From Octopus sinensis (lineage: Eukaryota): DNA of 64,000 nucleotides. The notes beneath the pieces are model-generated. The model was not told the origin of the DNA, did not search any database, and saw only the letters and a program-made list of their open reading frames with translations. The first letter of the stretch is position 1. The number at the start of each line of letters is the position of its first letter. A program made the translations under genes and the position numbers. Positions 1 through 13,167 of this stretch are shown piece by piece. The stretch lies in the NCBI RefSeq assembly GCF_006345805.1, contig NC_042997.1, positions 119,598,001 to 119,662,000 on the forward strand, read 5' to 3'.

Positions 1-100
1 GAAGAAGAAGAAGAAGAAAAAGAAGAAGAAAAAGAAGAAGAAGAAGAAGAAGAAGAAGAAGAAGAAGAAGAAGAAGAAGAAGAAGAAGAAGAAGAAGAAG
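1..100 (+). repeat. (GAA)n microsatellite, truncated by the window edge
   Basis: Direct reading: gaagaagaa... with occasional aaa variants. Confidence 0.95.
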
Positions 101-645
101 ATGTCCCAAATGCATGTTTCAGCGTGACGGCAAAGAATATGCGAAATAGGTTTGGGGACAAGACACAACTCTGTTTCACGCCACTACGTGCGTTGAATGC
201 CTCCGCAAAAGAGACATCCGTGTGAAATGAATGAAAAATCCTGGGGAGTCTTGTAGGACAGCTAGTCTTGGAGGATAGCTAATCTTTATGAGGTCGATGA
301 AGGTGATAAAGACGGGATTGTCTTAGTTCTCGCCACTTTTCCTATAGCAACTAGAGAAAGATCATGTCACTGAGATTCGGGGTATACCCCTCAGCGATTT
401 TCTGTAGCTAATCTGGGGTCACGCTGGCAAAGACTTTCCCAACGATGGTTAACAGCAGGATACGTGGGTAGTTATTGCAGTCGATTTTGTTTCCTTTGTT
501 CTCATATAGGGTGTCACTGCTGTAGTAGTCTCTCGTGTCTTGCGGTACGGCTCCTTCGTCCAACCACTGATACAGTAGCCTCAGCAATTGGCTAAGTGTA
601 ACTCTCCTTGCGGATCTGATGATCCCTGTTGGGATACCATCCAAA
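101..645 (-). mobile_element. RTE-clade LINE RT fragment, inverted relative to the adjacent 3' part
   Basis: Minus-strand translation gives LDGIP...EGAVPQD..LYENKGNKIDCNNYPRILLLTIVGKVFA, then degenerate ...SGVKQSCVLSPNLFRIFF..KHAFG. These are RTE-type RT N-terminal motifs. Confidence 0.8.
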
Positions 646-1660
646 CTCGTCAGAGAAATGCTGTTCGCAGGCGATGCAGCACAGACAGTGCACTCTGAAG
701 AACAACTGCAGCTCCTCGTGTTCAAAGTTTCAAAAGCCTGTCAGAAATTCAGCCTGACTATCAGTCTGAAAAAGACTCAAGTCATGGGTCAAAGTGTCAC
801 GCACATCCCCACTATCATCACCAACACCTGCAAGCTGGAGGATATTCCATCAATTCACTTATCTCGGCTCTACGATCACTGATGAACTCTTCATGAACCT
901 TGAGATTAACAGGCAAATCGGACAAGCATCTCCTACGTTTTCCATGGTCAGAAAGAGAGTCGGGGTGGGTAACTGGCTGCAAGCACCAAAATAGTTATCT
1001 ATAAGGCGTGCGTCCCTAAGTATTCTACATTACGGCAATGAGAGGTCGAAGCTCTGATCTAGACAGGAGGGGCGTCTCAACGTCTTTCACCTACGGAATT
1101 TGCAACATATTTTGAACATCAAGTGGAACGACCACATCGCCAACACCGAATTCTTCAACCGCACCAAGATATTCAGCATACACATCTTGCTCCAGCAGCG
1201 TCGTTTGTGCCGGCTTGGTCATGTTCATCGCATGCATGACGGAAGGATTCCAAAAGCCCTCCTGTAGAGGGAATTAATCACCGAGCAAGAACTCGAGGAG
1301 AACCTCATCTTCATTTCAAAGACGACCGCAGGAGGGGTATGAAGTCGCTTTATCTGAACGCCCTGAGATGAGAAGATGTTGGAAATGATTGCCCACACTG
1401 GAAACCAATACTGCGAAAGGGAATGAAGAGAGTGGAATAAGAACAAGGAACTCGCCACCAGATAAAGCTCATTCGACGTAAGGAAAAATCAGCAGCAGCA
1501 ACAGAGAGCTCCTTCGAATGCAGTCGTTGTATGCGTGACTGCCACTCCCGTATGGGCCTGTGTAGCCACAACCGACGCTGCACTACAATCAGCAGCTGAC
1601 ACGATTTCTTCGGGGGCAGATCCATGGTATCTCGAGATCGACATATGCTTATTACTATGA
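646..1660 (+). mobile_element. RTE-clade LINE 3' portion (RT motif 5 to 3' UTR), frameshifted
   Basis: LVREMLFAGDAA..HSEEQLQ..ACQKFSLTISLKKTQVMGQ; FTYLGSTITD; HRMHDGRIPKALL; C-terminal C-x2-C..H..GL.SHNRRC; RTE-like 3' end gatccatggtatctcgagatcgac. Confidence 0.85.
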
Positions 1661-3499
1661 GTTATCAGTAGCTTTGAATTACAAGTTGCTATTAAAATTG
1701 TCTTTTTCCTTCAGCCATTCCATTTATTCCTGTACAATTTTTTTGTACACAATATACGCCAATTTCATTTCCAGGAATACTACAAACAGTATCCTTAAAA
1801 GGAAACCATTTGCTTTTTCAATTGGAATCCTAATACTTCGGGCAGTTTAAAACACAATAGAACAAGTAACGTCTTCTAAGTGTTGATTCTTTTGTGCATG
1901 TATTTCATTATTTCGAAAATTCCCTTTCCTTTAAGGATATCTAGAGCTGTTTGCTTTCTATCAACGATGCTTTTGTAACACTATTAAATTCTGTGACTCT
2001 TTTCAGTATCGGTGCATTTTGTAAAAGGACATAAACACGCCTTTCTACCCGTAGCCTTGTAAATAGCTGTATCAGTTAATATTTTCAATAGAGACAAATT
2101 ATTTCGCTTTGCATGTATTAATATTCAAGCATCAACTTTCATTTGTCGTTGTACATCGTCTTTAATATAGGGAAATAATATCTGTTGATTTGTGAATCAT
2201 TAATTTATTCAAGTAACATATCAAGTGTATTTACATCCGAGCCCATTGTGTGTTTTGATTCGACTAAATGAAATGAAATGAAATATTTGTTCTGTTGCTT
2301 TTCAAGCGATAATTAGTACAGAGTAGATGAACAATTGTATTCCCTTATGCAATATATATCAATCTCTATTTGATTGTTTATTTCCATTATTTATGAAATA
2401 TTTTTATTCTATTGAGAATTGATGTCGAATTCGTATATGTTTTGTTACACTTTTTATCACGTTGCTAATTCCTGCTACATCTAAAAATAATTAGTCTGAT
2501 GCGAGAATATCATGCTTCTCATCACCAATCGTATTATTCATGATAAAATTTGAAGATAAACATTAAATTACTGATAAGGAGAAGAAAGATGTTTTTTCTT
2601 GTCGAACGCACTGATATTTCAAAAATTCAGCGCACCTACTTATACAATAAGTTTCTTTAATAACTCCTTGCAGAATGTGATTTAGATATCAGAATAGTTT
2701 TATATAAAGCTCCGGCCGGTGACTATTGGACCTAATTTGAAAAAGAAATCGGGATAACATCTGCATGGTTAAATTATCTTATACATGTAGAATAGTCTTT
2801 GTTGTAAAAGTACTAATATAATCTCATAGATTGTTCAGTTAATATAAAGAAGTTTAGTTTATTTTTCATTTGCTCTTGTGATTTGTAGTTTTTAACCGTT
2901 TGTTATATTACAATGCAAACTACACAAAGAGGGAAAAATGTGCAGAAAATCCCAAACAACAAAACTTAGGTAAGAGTGTTTTGGAAAAACACGCACCATT
3001 TGAAACACAACAACCAGGAGAAACTAAAGAGCCTTGGGAGTGATAGAGGTATCAAAGAATCATCGACAAGGCAACGAAACAATGCACGAATAGATCAAAT
3101 AAAATTTGAGATATTGAGGAAATCTAATTATAAAGTTAAGAAAATATATTGAATTATTTCATTAAAATATGGTGGTTAACAGAATGAATAATGATGACAA
3201 ACAACATGTTAGCAAAAGAATTAGCATATATTCCTTACCAAACGGAACGAATATACCAATGTATTTGTGAATCATATATGAATAAATTTAAAAATTACCA
3301 ATAAAGCATATGTAAACAGAATAGAATTTTAAAAAATGAGATCTAAGTATATACAAAATGTGACATAAATTTATTGATTGAAACACATAGCAAGATATAT
3401 AGATAATTTAGATATGTTTCGACCAAAACATAGTCCAGGCCATGACTAACAAAATACCACCACCTCATAGGATTAGCTAAATACTTTTAAAGTCAAGTT

Positions 3500-4130
3500 T
3501 TGTGGTATCATGGACCATTCAAGTAGGGATTTCTTGTTGAGTGAGTTGAATCCAGTTATAAGGTGCTTATCTGGTATTCATTGAAGAAATTTGTCCGGAT
3601 TCCGTTTTCAAGTAGTGGGATCATTTACTTCGTTTGATTTGTTTCGAGACAATGTTAAGTAGGGCAGGGCCTGTAGAAAAGAAATTGTGTTGCCATGTAT
3701 TTATCTGTTGTGAACCTAAGTATGACTCGTGGTCCTAGCCTTGGATGAATTTTGAAGCAAATGTTGAAGCAATTTAGGCAATACTGGTGGCATATTCTCC
3801 ACATCGTGCACATGATATATCGCTCAAGGCGACGCTATAGAGAACAGATTTTCAATATTTTAAGGCGGTCCCAGTAATCGAGATCAGTCATGCCCTTAAT
3901 TCTTTTAGTGAATGACTTCTGGTGGATTCAGTTTTCTAAATGTTTTGTGTGTTTGGGGGTAGATCAAACGAAGAAGCCCCATTCAAGCTATAACAACCTT
4001 ATTGTTGTTGTGGGCATCATAGCTGAGATTGTTGTCAACAATCATTCCTAGGTCTCTGATATTATTAGATGCTGTGAGTGATCCCGTGAAGGAAGAGGGT
4101 ATGGCTGTTTTAACTTTCTTCCAAAATTTT
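3500..4130 (-). mobile_element. Decayed CR1/L2-group LINE 3' fragment, same family as 4730-5790
   Basis: ASNNIRDLGMIVDNNLSY in ORF 3983-4234(-); nucleotide similarity to 4900-5560. Confidence 0.7.
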
Positions 4131-4185
4131 CCCTCGTTTAGCTGCATTATATACATATGTATATACATATATATATATATATATA

Positions 4186-4526
4186 CTTTTTGTTTTGACC
4201 CCCTTCGGTCACGACACTGACCATGGGATTGCACCTAGAAAGTTACCCTCCTAGTCACAAGTCTGGGCATGGTTGTTTATGGGAGACCAGCAGTCGCCCA
4301 TGCATACCGGCCTCCCCTCTCCACGCCACCAGTGTTATCCAAGTCAAAGGCCGATACAGCTTGGCACTCGTGACGTCGCAACTCATTTCTACAGCTGAGT
4401 GAACTGGAGCAACGTGAAATAAAGTGTCTTGCTCAAGAACACAACACGCAGCCCGGTCCGGGATTCGAGCTCACAACCTCACGATCGTAAGCTCGACGCT
4501 CTAACCACTGAGCCATGCGCCTTCAC
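4186..4526 (-). mobile_element. tRNA-derived SINE
   Basis: Minus-strand head gtgaaggcgcatggctcagtggttagagc (A-box) ... gagctcgaatccc (B-box-like), followed by a SINE body. Confidence 0.85.
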
Positions 4527-4536
4527 TATATGTGTA

Positions 4537-4576
<40 letters not shown>

Positions 4577-4630
4577 TACACATATATATCTATATATGTA
4601 TGTATGTATATCTATATATGTATATGTATG

Positions 4631-4662
<32 letters not shown>

Positions 4663-4671
4663 ATATATTAT

Positions 4672-4725
<54 letters not shown>

Positions 4726-4730
4726 ATAAC
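4527..4730. repeat. (TA)n/(TATG)n microsatellite, one of many such tracts (e.g. 8560-8700, 9320-9620, 18190-18420, 44340-44680, 45400-45600, 49260-49860, 63610-63900)
   Basis: Direct reading. These tracts explain most I/Y, C/V and H/T ORFs in the track. Confidence 0.95.
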
Positions 4731-5790
4731 TTAGAATAACTTAGAAAGGTTTTGGCCAGTATTGGCCTAGGCCATGTCTAACTTAATAGCACCACCTGGT
4801 GAAGTCTTTCAGTTCAGGATTTGGGCACCAAGGCCCATTCGAGCAGAGAGTTATTGTTTGCGGAGACATATCCGGTTGTGGGTGGTTTGTCCGGTACTGT
4901 TTGAAGGAATTTGTCCAAAGACTTCTTGAATTTTGTGTGGTCAGTTTCTTTTTTGACGTGCCCTGGTGTAATGTTGAAGAGAGCAGGTCCAATTGAGGTG
5001 AAATAGTTGTGCCGTATTGTCGTTATGTGATGCGATTTAGATTTTTGTTGTGGACGGATGGCACGTGGTCCAAGCCTTGGATGCATTTTGAAGGTGATGC
5101 CAACATCATTCGGACAGTGCTGGTGGAATATTTTCCGCATCATACAGATAATGTAGCGTTCACGGCGTCGTTGGAGTGAATACAATTTCAGCTTCTCTAG
5201 TCTACCCCAGTAGTCAAGGTCTGACATGCCATCTATCTTTTTTGTGATTGACCTTTGGGGAGCTTCAATTCTCATAATATTTTGTTTTGTGTAGGGAGAC
5301 CACAGTGGACAGCAGTATTCAAGGTGGGGTCGGGCAAAAGTGGAGAAGAGAAGGATAATAGCGTGGGAATCTCTCGACTGGAAGGTTCTGAGAATCCAGG
5401 AACACATTCTGCGGGCCATGTCAACTTTGCTGCTTATATGTGTAGCCAGCTTATGTTGTTGTCCACTGTTACTCCCAGGTCTCTGATGTTGTTGGATGCC
5501 ATGAGAATTTCTCCAGAAGGAAGAGAGTATGGGAGTTTCAGAGCGTCCTCCCTTCCAAAGTGGATCAGTTCAAATTTGTCTTCATTTAGCAACATGTTAT
5601 TCTTTTCCGCCCATTGGACAACAGCCAGTAGGTCTGACTGAAGGTTTATTCGGTCATCCACGCCATTGATGACATTCTGGAGCTTGGAGTCATCAGCGAA
5701 GGGTCTGATGTTACTGTGTTTGATGGTATCAGTAATATCATTTATGTAGATGATGAAGAGAAGTGGGCCCAACACAGTGCCTTGTGGGAC
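4730..5790 (-). mobile_element. CR1/L2-group LINE, 5'-truncated (RT C-terminus plus 3' UTR)
   Basis: VPQGTVLGPLLFIIYINDI..RPFADDSKL; RPHLEYCCPLWSPY; LKLYSLQRRRERY; short tandem tail (ttctaagtta)2 at about 4730-4750. Confidence 0.9.
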
Positions 5791-6287
5791 TATAAAATAG
5801 AAAAGAGTGAAAAAACTACAGAAGGCTTGTTTTATGAGGTTAAAGAATATATTTAAGTCGTTACGTTAGAAAAATGTTGTAAAAGTTTGTGTATAGTAAC
5901 ATAGTTTTTGGAGAAAAAACCGATTTCGGGATAACTTTTCAAATTTCTCAAATGTTTTTACCTACGTCGTGTCATGTCTTCGTTATGAAGTGCAAAGTAG
6001 ACTTCCAGGGACGTAATAAGGGATTTCTTCCGGTATAAGGGAGATAATCGCTTTATATTTCTTTTCCTCTTTTTTAATGAGATGAGTTTCTCTGCATAAG
6101 AATTTTAGGATGGTTAAGTTCAGGCATATATTTTTCAATGAAGGATGTTTCCTTGTTTAATCTAATTTGTGTTGGTGTTCCAATAGCACATTGATAGAAT
6201 AGAAAGATTAAATATTGTGGTAGTAGTTGCTTTGCGCATTTCTATATACACACACACATATATATATATATATAGACAGATATATAT

Positions 6288-6342
<55 letters not shown>

Positions 6343-6489
6343 ATACTTATGTGGGAAGAAATAAGTTCGCAAAAGAACACTTCAAGCTTTTAAGAGGTCC
6401 AAAAAGCGAGAAAAAGGATTTTTAATAAAAATTCAACCTATTCATAATTCAGAGCAATTAATAAGAATATGAAAACAGTAGTTGAAAAA

Positions 6490-7127
6490 TATCGTTATAG
6501 GTATATATATATATATACCATAAACAATTACATAAAAATGGAGTAGAAAGAGATGTTGCATCAAAATTACATTTAATACAAATTTCGATTCATCATATAC
6601 GCGCGTTTCAAAAGACAATACGTAAGAAATAAGTTACATTATAATTCATCTCGGTCTGTTACCACTTTTTAAAACATATCCGTTAGATTTTTATTCTTAT
6701 TTTTATGTTATAGTTTACTGCACATATAGACGTTCATACACATTGATATGTCTGTATTCTTTTCTTTCGTCTCTCTCACTAGTATTATTACTGATATTTT
6801 TTTCCCTTTACAAATTACTTGTAAATATCGGATTTGTCCATATTTCCCCTTTTTTATTCTCCCTTATTGTATCTTATTTTACTTTACTTTATTTTATTAA
6901 ACCTTTTTTGATGTCCTGCCAAAAATTCTTCCCACTGATAACAATGACAATGCATATATTTTATTTTAATTTCTATGATTATACTTTTTTCTTACATATT
7001 TGCATTGTCCCTTGAAATGCTGGTATATAATGAATCTAAATTTGTATTAAATCTAATTTCGATGCAACATCTTTTTCTCCTCCCTTTTTATATAATTCTT
7101 TATGGTATATTTATATCTATAACGATA
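6490..7127. mobile_element. Old fold-back element with hammerhead relics
   Basis: 6490-6632 is an imperfect inverted copy of about 7000-7127. The right arm has CTGATAA (6935) .. GACAATGCA/TGCATTGTC stem .. GAAA (7014). The left arm on minus has GAAACGCGCGTA. Confidence 0.6.
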
Positions 7128-7574
7128 ATTGTCAACTACATATTTACTTAAATATATATGTAAATATATTCATATATATACTTATATATATTATATATAT
7201 ATATATATTCAACTTACGATGATAGTAAACAAACTAAGTCTGTTTTAGAAGCGTTAAGAGCTATTGAAAGATACAGAAATAATTTATTTTATTCTCAAAC
7301 GCGTGATAATGCTAATACATAACTTGATCATTATACATTATCCATACATTGCAGAAAAACACATTACCAGCCAACCATGAGTCACGAAGTCACATCCCTG
7401 TGATTACACGTCAAGTTATTTATCATTAAGCTAAACTGCCCAGTAACGAATTCTTCTGCAACTTTAGAACTTATAAATTTAGCTTTATTTTATTAAAGGT
7501 TAAAATCAACTTACGATGAAAGTAAACAGAGTTTCTCTTAGAAGCATTGAGATGTATTGAAAGATACATTTTTT

Positions 7575-7746
7575 TATTTATTCTCAAACGCGTGATAATG
7601 CTAATAAAAAAACGTGATCAGGATGAATTATCCATACATTTCAGAAAACTACGTTACCGGCCGGTAACGTATTTTTTTGCAATGCATGGATAATTTATCC
7701 TGATCACGCTATTTAATAGCATAATCACGCGCTTGAGAATAAAAAA
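7575..7746. repeat. About 170-bp imperfect palindrome centred on ACCGGCCGGT (MITE-like); a diverged copy of the left arm and flank lies at about 7207-7370
   Basis: ttattctcaaacgcgtgataatgcta...tacgttacc|ggcc|ggtaacgta...tagcataatcacgcgcttgagaataa. Confidence 0.75.
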
Positions 7747-8003
7747 GGTTGTGTATATATATATATATATTTGTGTGTATGTATATGTATGTATATGAAT
7801 ATGTATATGCATATAATATGCAGGATACATACACCCGTATATGTGCAAGAACGTCCTTGTCTATCTCAATGGATAAATGATAATCTATCATCAACGCAAG
7901 TCTTGCACAAATCCAGAGCCAATGCCAGAGAGCCAACAGTTAAGACATTCTCAGAAGTTACCTCCACTTATATGTGGATATATTAATATTTTTAAATTCC
8001 CAA

Positions 8004-8200
8004 GGCGGCGAGTTGGCAGAATCGTTAGCACGCCGATGGAAATAACTTAGGTTCTGAGTTCAAATTCCGCCAAGGCCGACTTTGACATTCATCCTTCCAG
8101 GGTCGATTAAATAAGTACCAGCTGCGCACTGGGGTTGATGTAATCAAATTTATCCCTTTGTCTGTCCCCTCTATGTTTAGCCCCCTGTAGGCAATGAGGA
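8004..8200 (+). mobile_element. Octopus-type SINE with internal deletion
   Basis: ggcggcgagttggcagaatcgttagcacgcc...ttctgagttcaaattccgcc...gggtcgattaaataagtaccag; same family as 12940 and 16747. Confidence 0.85.
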
Positions 8201-8567
8201 AACAAATATTACCCTGATATTATTAAATGTCGATATTTTTTTTCTGGAAAATTGTTCGAAGTAATGCTGGTATTTTGTTGCTGCCGACAAAAAACTGTGC
8301 TTGCACGATGGATTTAAAAATTTATATCGAATAAGCAAGAGGCACATGCTGGATTTGACTCGTAATTATATGTTTAGTCTAGGTGTACCCTACCAAATTA
8401 TTTTATTTGCTAAAAAATAGATAGATGGTAAATATTTTTATTTTTCATTCCCTTGGAGTTTTTATCCCTAATAGTGGTATGGATGGAATTTAGCTGTTCC
8501 TTCTAGCCTGCAAGGAATCCTATGACGAATACTTCTTATTTGTTTAAATGTACACTGTATATATATG

Positions 8568-8672
<105 letters not shown>

Positions 8673-8848
8673 TGTGTGTGCGTGTGTGTGTGTGTATAGA
8701 TATATATAACTTCAAATAAGCAGAAAATGGAGAAAACTTTTGATCAACAAACAAGTTTTCTTTTAAAACGTAATTAAACGATGTGGATTACTTTATTCTC
8801 CATTTCCAAATAAATTTCATTCCTGATAAACCACTATGTTATATGCCC

Positions 8849-8928
8849 GTGGGCTTATGGCGTAGTGATTAAGAGCGCAGGCTACTAACACCAGGAATCT
8901 GAGTTCCATTCCAAGCAGTGACCTGAAC

Positions 8929-8970
<42 letters not shown>

Positions 8971-9165
8971 TATGATAATAATAATTATAATAATAATAAT
9001 AATAATAATAACGATAATAACAACACCGGGAAATACCTTAGGAATGAGAACTCAGATTCCAAATTTCCCCAAGACACCTGATGAAGGCTGGAGGGTATAA
9101 CATCCGAAACGTTGTTAACAACAAACAAGATGAGGACAAAAATCGAATGTAAATAATGTAAATAT
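8849..9165 (+). mobile_element. tRNA-headed SINE-like element with (AAT)n linker and a 3' module containing a minimal hammerhead
   Basis: A-box tggcgtagtgattaagagc; B-box-like gagttccattcc; gacac-CTGATGA-a-ggctg..catcc-GAAA-cgtt at 9073-9113. Confidence 0.7.
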
Positions 9166-9319
9166 TGCTGATAAACTCTTGTTTATTCTATTATTACCTA
9201 TACCCTATAAGCACTGTGTGCTTGCATACCTATGACCAGGTATAACATAGGTAATTGATACCGCTAGTAAGAACGGATATTCTTATCTCTTGGCCGGTAA
9301 TTTCAACCGTTAACTCTAC

Positions 9320-9433
<114 letters not shown>

Positions 9434-9567
9434 ATATACATATATACACATACACACACGAAGCATATATATATATATGTGTATACTCTCACATAGACGC
9501 ATATACAAACATATATTTACATACATACATGTACATATATATACTCCTAAAACATACATACTCACAG

Positions 9568-9616
<49 letters not shown>

Positions 9617-10159
9617 ATGCACACGCATACATAAATAGGTATATAGATAATACTATACACAGTCGCTCAATGTACAATGGATATAATGGCATGAGAGTAG
9701 GAAATATAAGCACCCTGTGTAATAAGATTAATATATTTAATTATAGATACATAATGTCGAATATATTTACTGTTCAATATAATGTAGTTTAATAGGAGAC
9801 CATATTACAATAAATAGTTGTGTATCCGGTAATTAGATATGAAAAGAGCAGTCATTATGAAAATTACTTGAATAACAGCCAAAATGAATATATTAAGCGA
9901 TATTGTTCATAATGCTAGATGAGATACAGTACGGCTTAAGTATTTGGATTATTCATTGTTATTACGGTCATAATTGATTGCCTAAGCTATTTATTATCTG
10001 TAAGAGAAGTTGATAATTAAAAATAAATATTTATGGCGCAAAACATTAAATTAAACTAGACAACAGTTTTTGAAATAGTATTAGTAATAACCCTTTCCGT
10101 TACGAACGACATGTCTGAAATCTTGGGTGAAGAGGAGACTCCAGTGTGCAGCTGGTATT

Positions 10160-10296
10160 TAATTTCGGGAAATTCCGGACCTGGGTTCTCATTCCTGAGG
10201 TACTTTTCGATGTTATTATTTCGATGTTAAGAGCGCGGGCTACTGACCTCAAGATTCCGAGTTCGATTTCAGGCAGTGACCTGAGTAATAATAATA

Positions 10297-10335
<39 letters not shown>
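10160..10335. mobile_element. Rearranged copy of the 8849 family: inverted 3'-module piece plus tRNA head plus (AAT)n
   Basis: 10160-10220 is the reverse complement of the aataacatcgaaaa-tacc-t-aggaatgagaaccca module; 10222-10285 matches the head. Confidence 0.65.
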
Positions 10336-10336
<1 letters not shown>

Positions 10337-10699
10337 GACCTACTCATTGAAATTGAGAAAATGTGGCATCTCAAGGCGGTTACAATACCAGTGATCGTAG
10401 GAGCACTAGGAATGATCAAGAAGGGTACCGAAAATTATATGAGAATGATCCCTGGCTTACCATCCCTGCAAGAAGTGCAAAAGATTGTCTTAACTGGTAC
10501 ATCACACGTATTGAGAAGAGCATTGTCGATGTGAGAACTGTTGCTGCTCATGTATTTTAATTTAACATTAAAAAAAAAAAATGAACGAACTACTGAGTTT
10601 GGTTTAATGGCCTACCAATATACACTATGAGTTTCTTTGCCCTAGGAGTCGGGAAGACACTCGGCAAGAAATGGAAGAAAATTTGAAAGAAGAAAAAAA

Positions 10700-10701
10700 A
10701 A

Positions 10702-10747
<46 letters not shown>

Positions 10748-10900
10748 CAACAACAACAACAACAATAACAATTTTGAAATGAGAATCCAGGTTTGAAATT
10801 TCCCCAAGACACTTGATGAAGGCTATATCAGCCGAAACGTTGTGTTAACAACAAACAAGATAAGGACAAATATCCGTTAAATGTAAATAATGTAAACATA
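10700..10900 (+). mobile_element. 3' module of the 8849 family with a minimal hammerhead (C3 to U)
   Basis: gacac-TTGATGA-a-GGCT atatc AGCC-GAAA-cgtt-gtgtt at 10808-10846. Confidence 0.7.
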
Positions 10901-10994
10901 GTACATAATTCCACATCTCTTAAATATAGAACTGTATTAAGAAAATAGAGATAAATCAATTAATAATTATTTATTAATTTCAAAAATAGACTTA

Positions 10995-11060
10995 CTCTCT
11001 GACAGCTGTTTCGATTCAAATCTTAGAAATTAACTAAAACATTTAAATCATCTGAGCTAG
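10995..11060 (-). ncRNA. Degenerate hammerhead relic
   Basis: Minus strand: cagat-GATTTAAAT..ATTTGAATC-GAAA-CAGCTG-TC-agag. Stem II is 9 bp and stem III is the palindrome ACAGCTGT, but the CUGANGA box is mutated. Confidence 0.5.
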
Positions 11061-11307
11061 ACAAAAGTTACCTCATTAATTTTTTCTGTTTTTATGAGTT
11101 AAGCGTACGGCGCATACCAGCTTAGTATTGTTTTATTGTCAGAGATGATGTCCATTTTTGTAATTAACAAATAATTATTAATTGATTCATCACCTTTTTT
11201 TTGTATTTGTAAATAAATATAAACCTCGGTTTATCTACTTACCTTGTTTTTTAAAAATATTAAATCTAATATTCAAAATAAGTAATAGGTAATAAACCAG
11301 TAAATTC

Positions 11308-12157
11308 ATTGGACAGCATATTCGAGGTGGGGCCTAGCGAATGTGGAGAAGAGAATGATGATGGTTTAATGGTCCCTAGATTGAAAAGTTCTGAGAATCC
11401 ATGAGCACATCGGTGGGTGCGGGCAACATCGATTTTTTTATATATATTTCAATTAAATGATAAATACTTCATTAAGGGATTTTATTATCAATCTAGGGAT
11501 CATTAAACCATCATCATTCTCTTATCCATATTCGCTAGGCCCCACCTCGAATATGCTGCCCATTGTGGCCCCTCTACAAAGAAAAAACGAGACATAACAT
11601 CAGAGCCCGTATCCTTGGGATGAGTACAATATACGCCATATAATCTATAGGCATCCAGTGGAACATCATTGATTCATTTCATGAGACAATACTGCATTAG
11701 TGGATGAGGCACAGAGGGATGTTTATCTATTCTTGCCTGTATGAAGGTCAATCTAGTGATGTGGGTATTTCTGTGTGTATTATCCAATTGATATCAGTAT
11801 TATGCTTACTATTCACCATAGACTAGGTTCCCTTTCAATGCGTCCCCTACAAAATTCGAGATCACATCACATAAGAACATTCGGTACAATTTCTTCTTTG
11901 CAAATTCTCCTGCACGTTTCAGTGTTATTGCGAAAGAAATTAAAGTAGAAAATGATTCCCCAACTTTCAAACGGTTCCCTGAGTACATTGCTCCAGGAAA
12001 TATCGGATAAAATACCTACACCTGGAGAGTCTCAACCAACTATAAATCCTTGATTGAGTGAACCATAATTTCCCGAAATAATTAACTGAAAGCCTTTTCC
12101 AGCTGGTGCTCTAGACATGGCCTGGGCCGATATTGACTGAAACCAATCTAAGTTGTC
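11308..12157 (+). mobile_element. Decayed CR1/L2-group LINE 3' fragment with inverted 5' duplication
   Basis: 11488-12157 matches the reverse complement of 4740-5390 including the 3' end tggtgct..agacatggcct. 11308-11428 is the same sequence inverted. Confidence 0.7.
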
Positions 12158-12447
12158 TACGTTATATATCTACACAGACATGCAGGAAGTAAATAGACAC
12201 CTTTAATTTTCAAAATTTCTGAACTAAGAGTTACCGATATATAAAAATAACGTAGGCGTCTTGAGAAACTCAAAATCAAAATAGAATAGAACTAGGAGAG
12301 GGCGAAAAGTATAATTAACTTTTACAGATCTACTATAATACAAATAGTAGTGAATTTTTTGCAGTCAGTTGACAGTGTAGAATTTACAATGTAATTATTC
12401 TTTTTCATTCCAGGTGCCATCATATTAAACATTTGCGAAGAGTAACC

Positions 12448-12830
12448 ATGCCACGCACGAAAAAAATCAGCAGAACTGTCAGATTTTTAAAGAGGTTGTA
12501 TTGTTTGGGCAATCTGAGGCTGGTCTTAGCCAGGAAAAAAATTGCCGAAAATCTTCAAATTCCCCTTGCTATTGTTAATAAAATTATAGTGGAATTCAAA
12601 AGCCAAGGGAAAGAATCAACAGATTCTCGTCACAGCCGACCTAGGCACCCGAAATGGAAGCTTCGCTGTTTGAAGAGAATTGTAGAAAATGAACCCCGTT
12701 CGAAGGCTTCTGACATTGTAAAACAGCTAGAAGTTCGTCCAAGAACGTGTGTTACATATATGCATAGGCTTGGGTATTTTGGACGAGCAGTTAGAAGAAA
12801 ACATCTTCAACCAATTACTATCAAATTAAA
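12448..12830 (+). pseudogene. Tc1-like transposase N-terminal (paired HTH) fragment
   Basis: MPRTKKISR..KKIAENLQIPLAIVNKII..FK.QG..RPR..KRIVENEPRSKASDI..LGYFGRAVRRK; no DDE domain follows. Confidence 0.75.
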
Positions 12831-12877
12831 GATTTTGAAAATTAAAGCTGTCTGTTTACCTCCTGCATGTCTGTCTG

Positions 12878-12939
<62 letters not shown>

Positions 12940-12940
<1 letters not shown>

Positions 12941-13167
12941 GCCATTTTGGCGAGATGGCAGAAACGTTGGGCGAAATGCTTAGCGGTATTTCGCCTGTCG
13001 TTACGTAGTGAGTTTAAATTCCGCAGTGGTCGACTTTGCCTTTCATTCTTTCGGGGTCGATAAATAAAGTACCAATTTCGCACTGGGGTCGATGTAATGG
13101 ACTTAATCCCTTTGTCTGTCCTTGTTTGTCTCCTCTATGTTTAACCCCTTGTGGGTAGTAAAGAAAT
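12940..13167 (+). mobile_element. Octopus-type SINE
   Basis: ggcgagatggcagaaacgtt..gggcgaaatgcttagcggtatttcg..ggggtcgat..ccccttgtgggtagtaaagaaata. Confidence 0.85.

Noticed and set aside
2930-3480. Possible decayed Penelope GIY-YIG end plus hammerhead relic (GAAACATATC on minus at about 3410)
   Set aside because: Too degenerate; catalytic boxes and protein motifs cannot be aligned confidently
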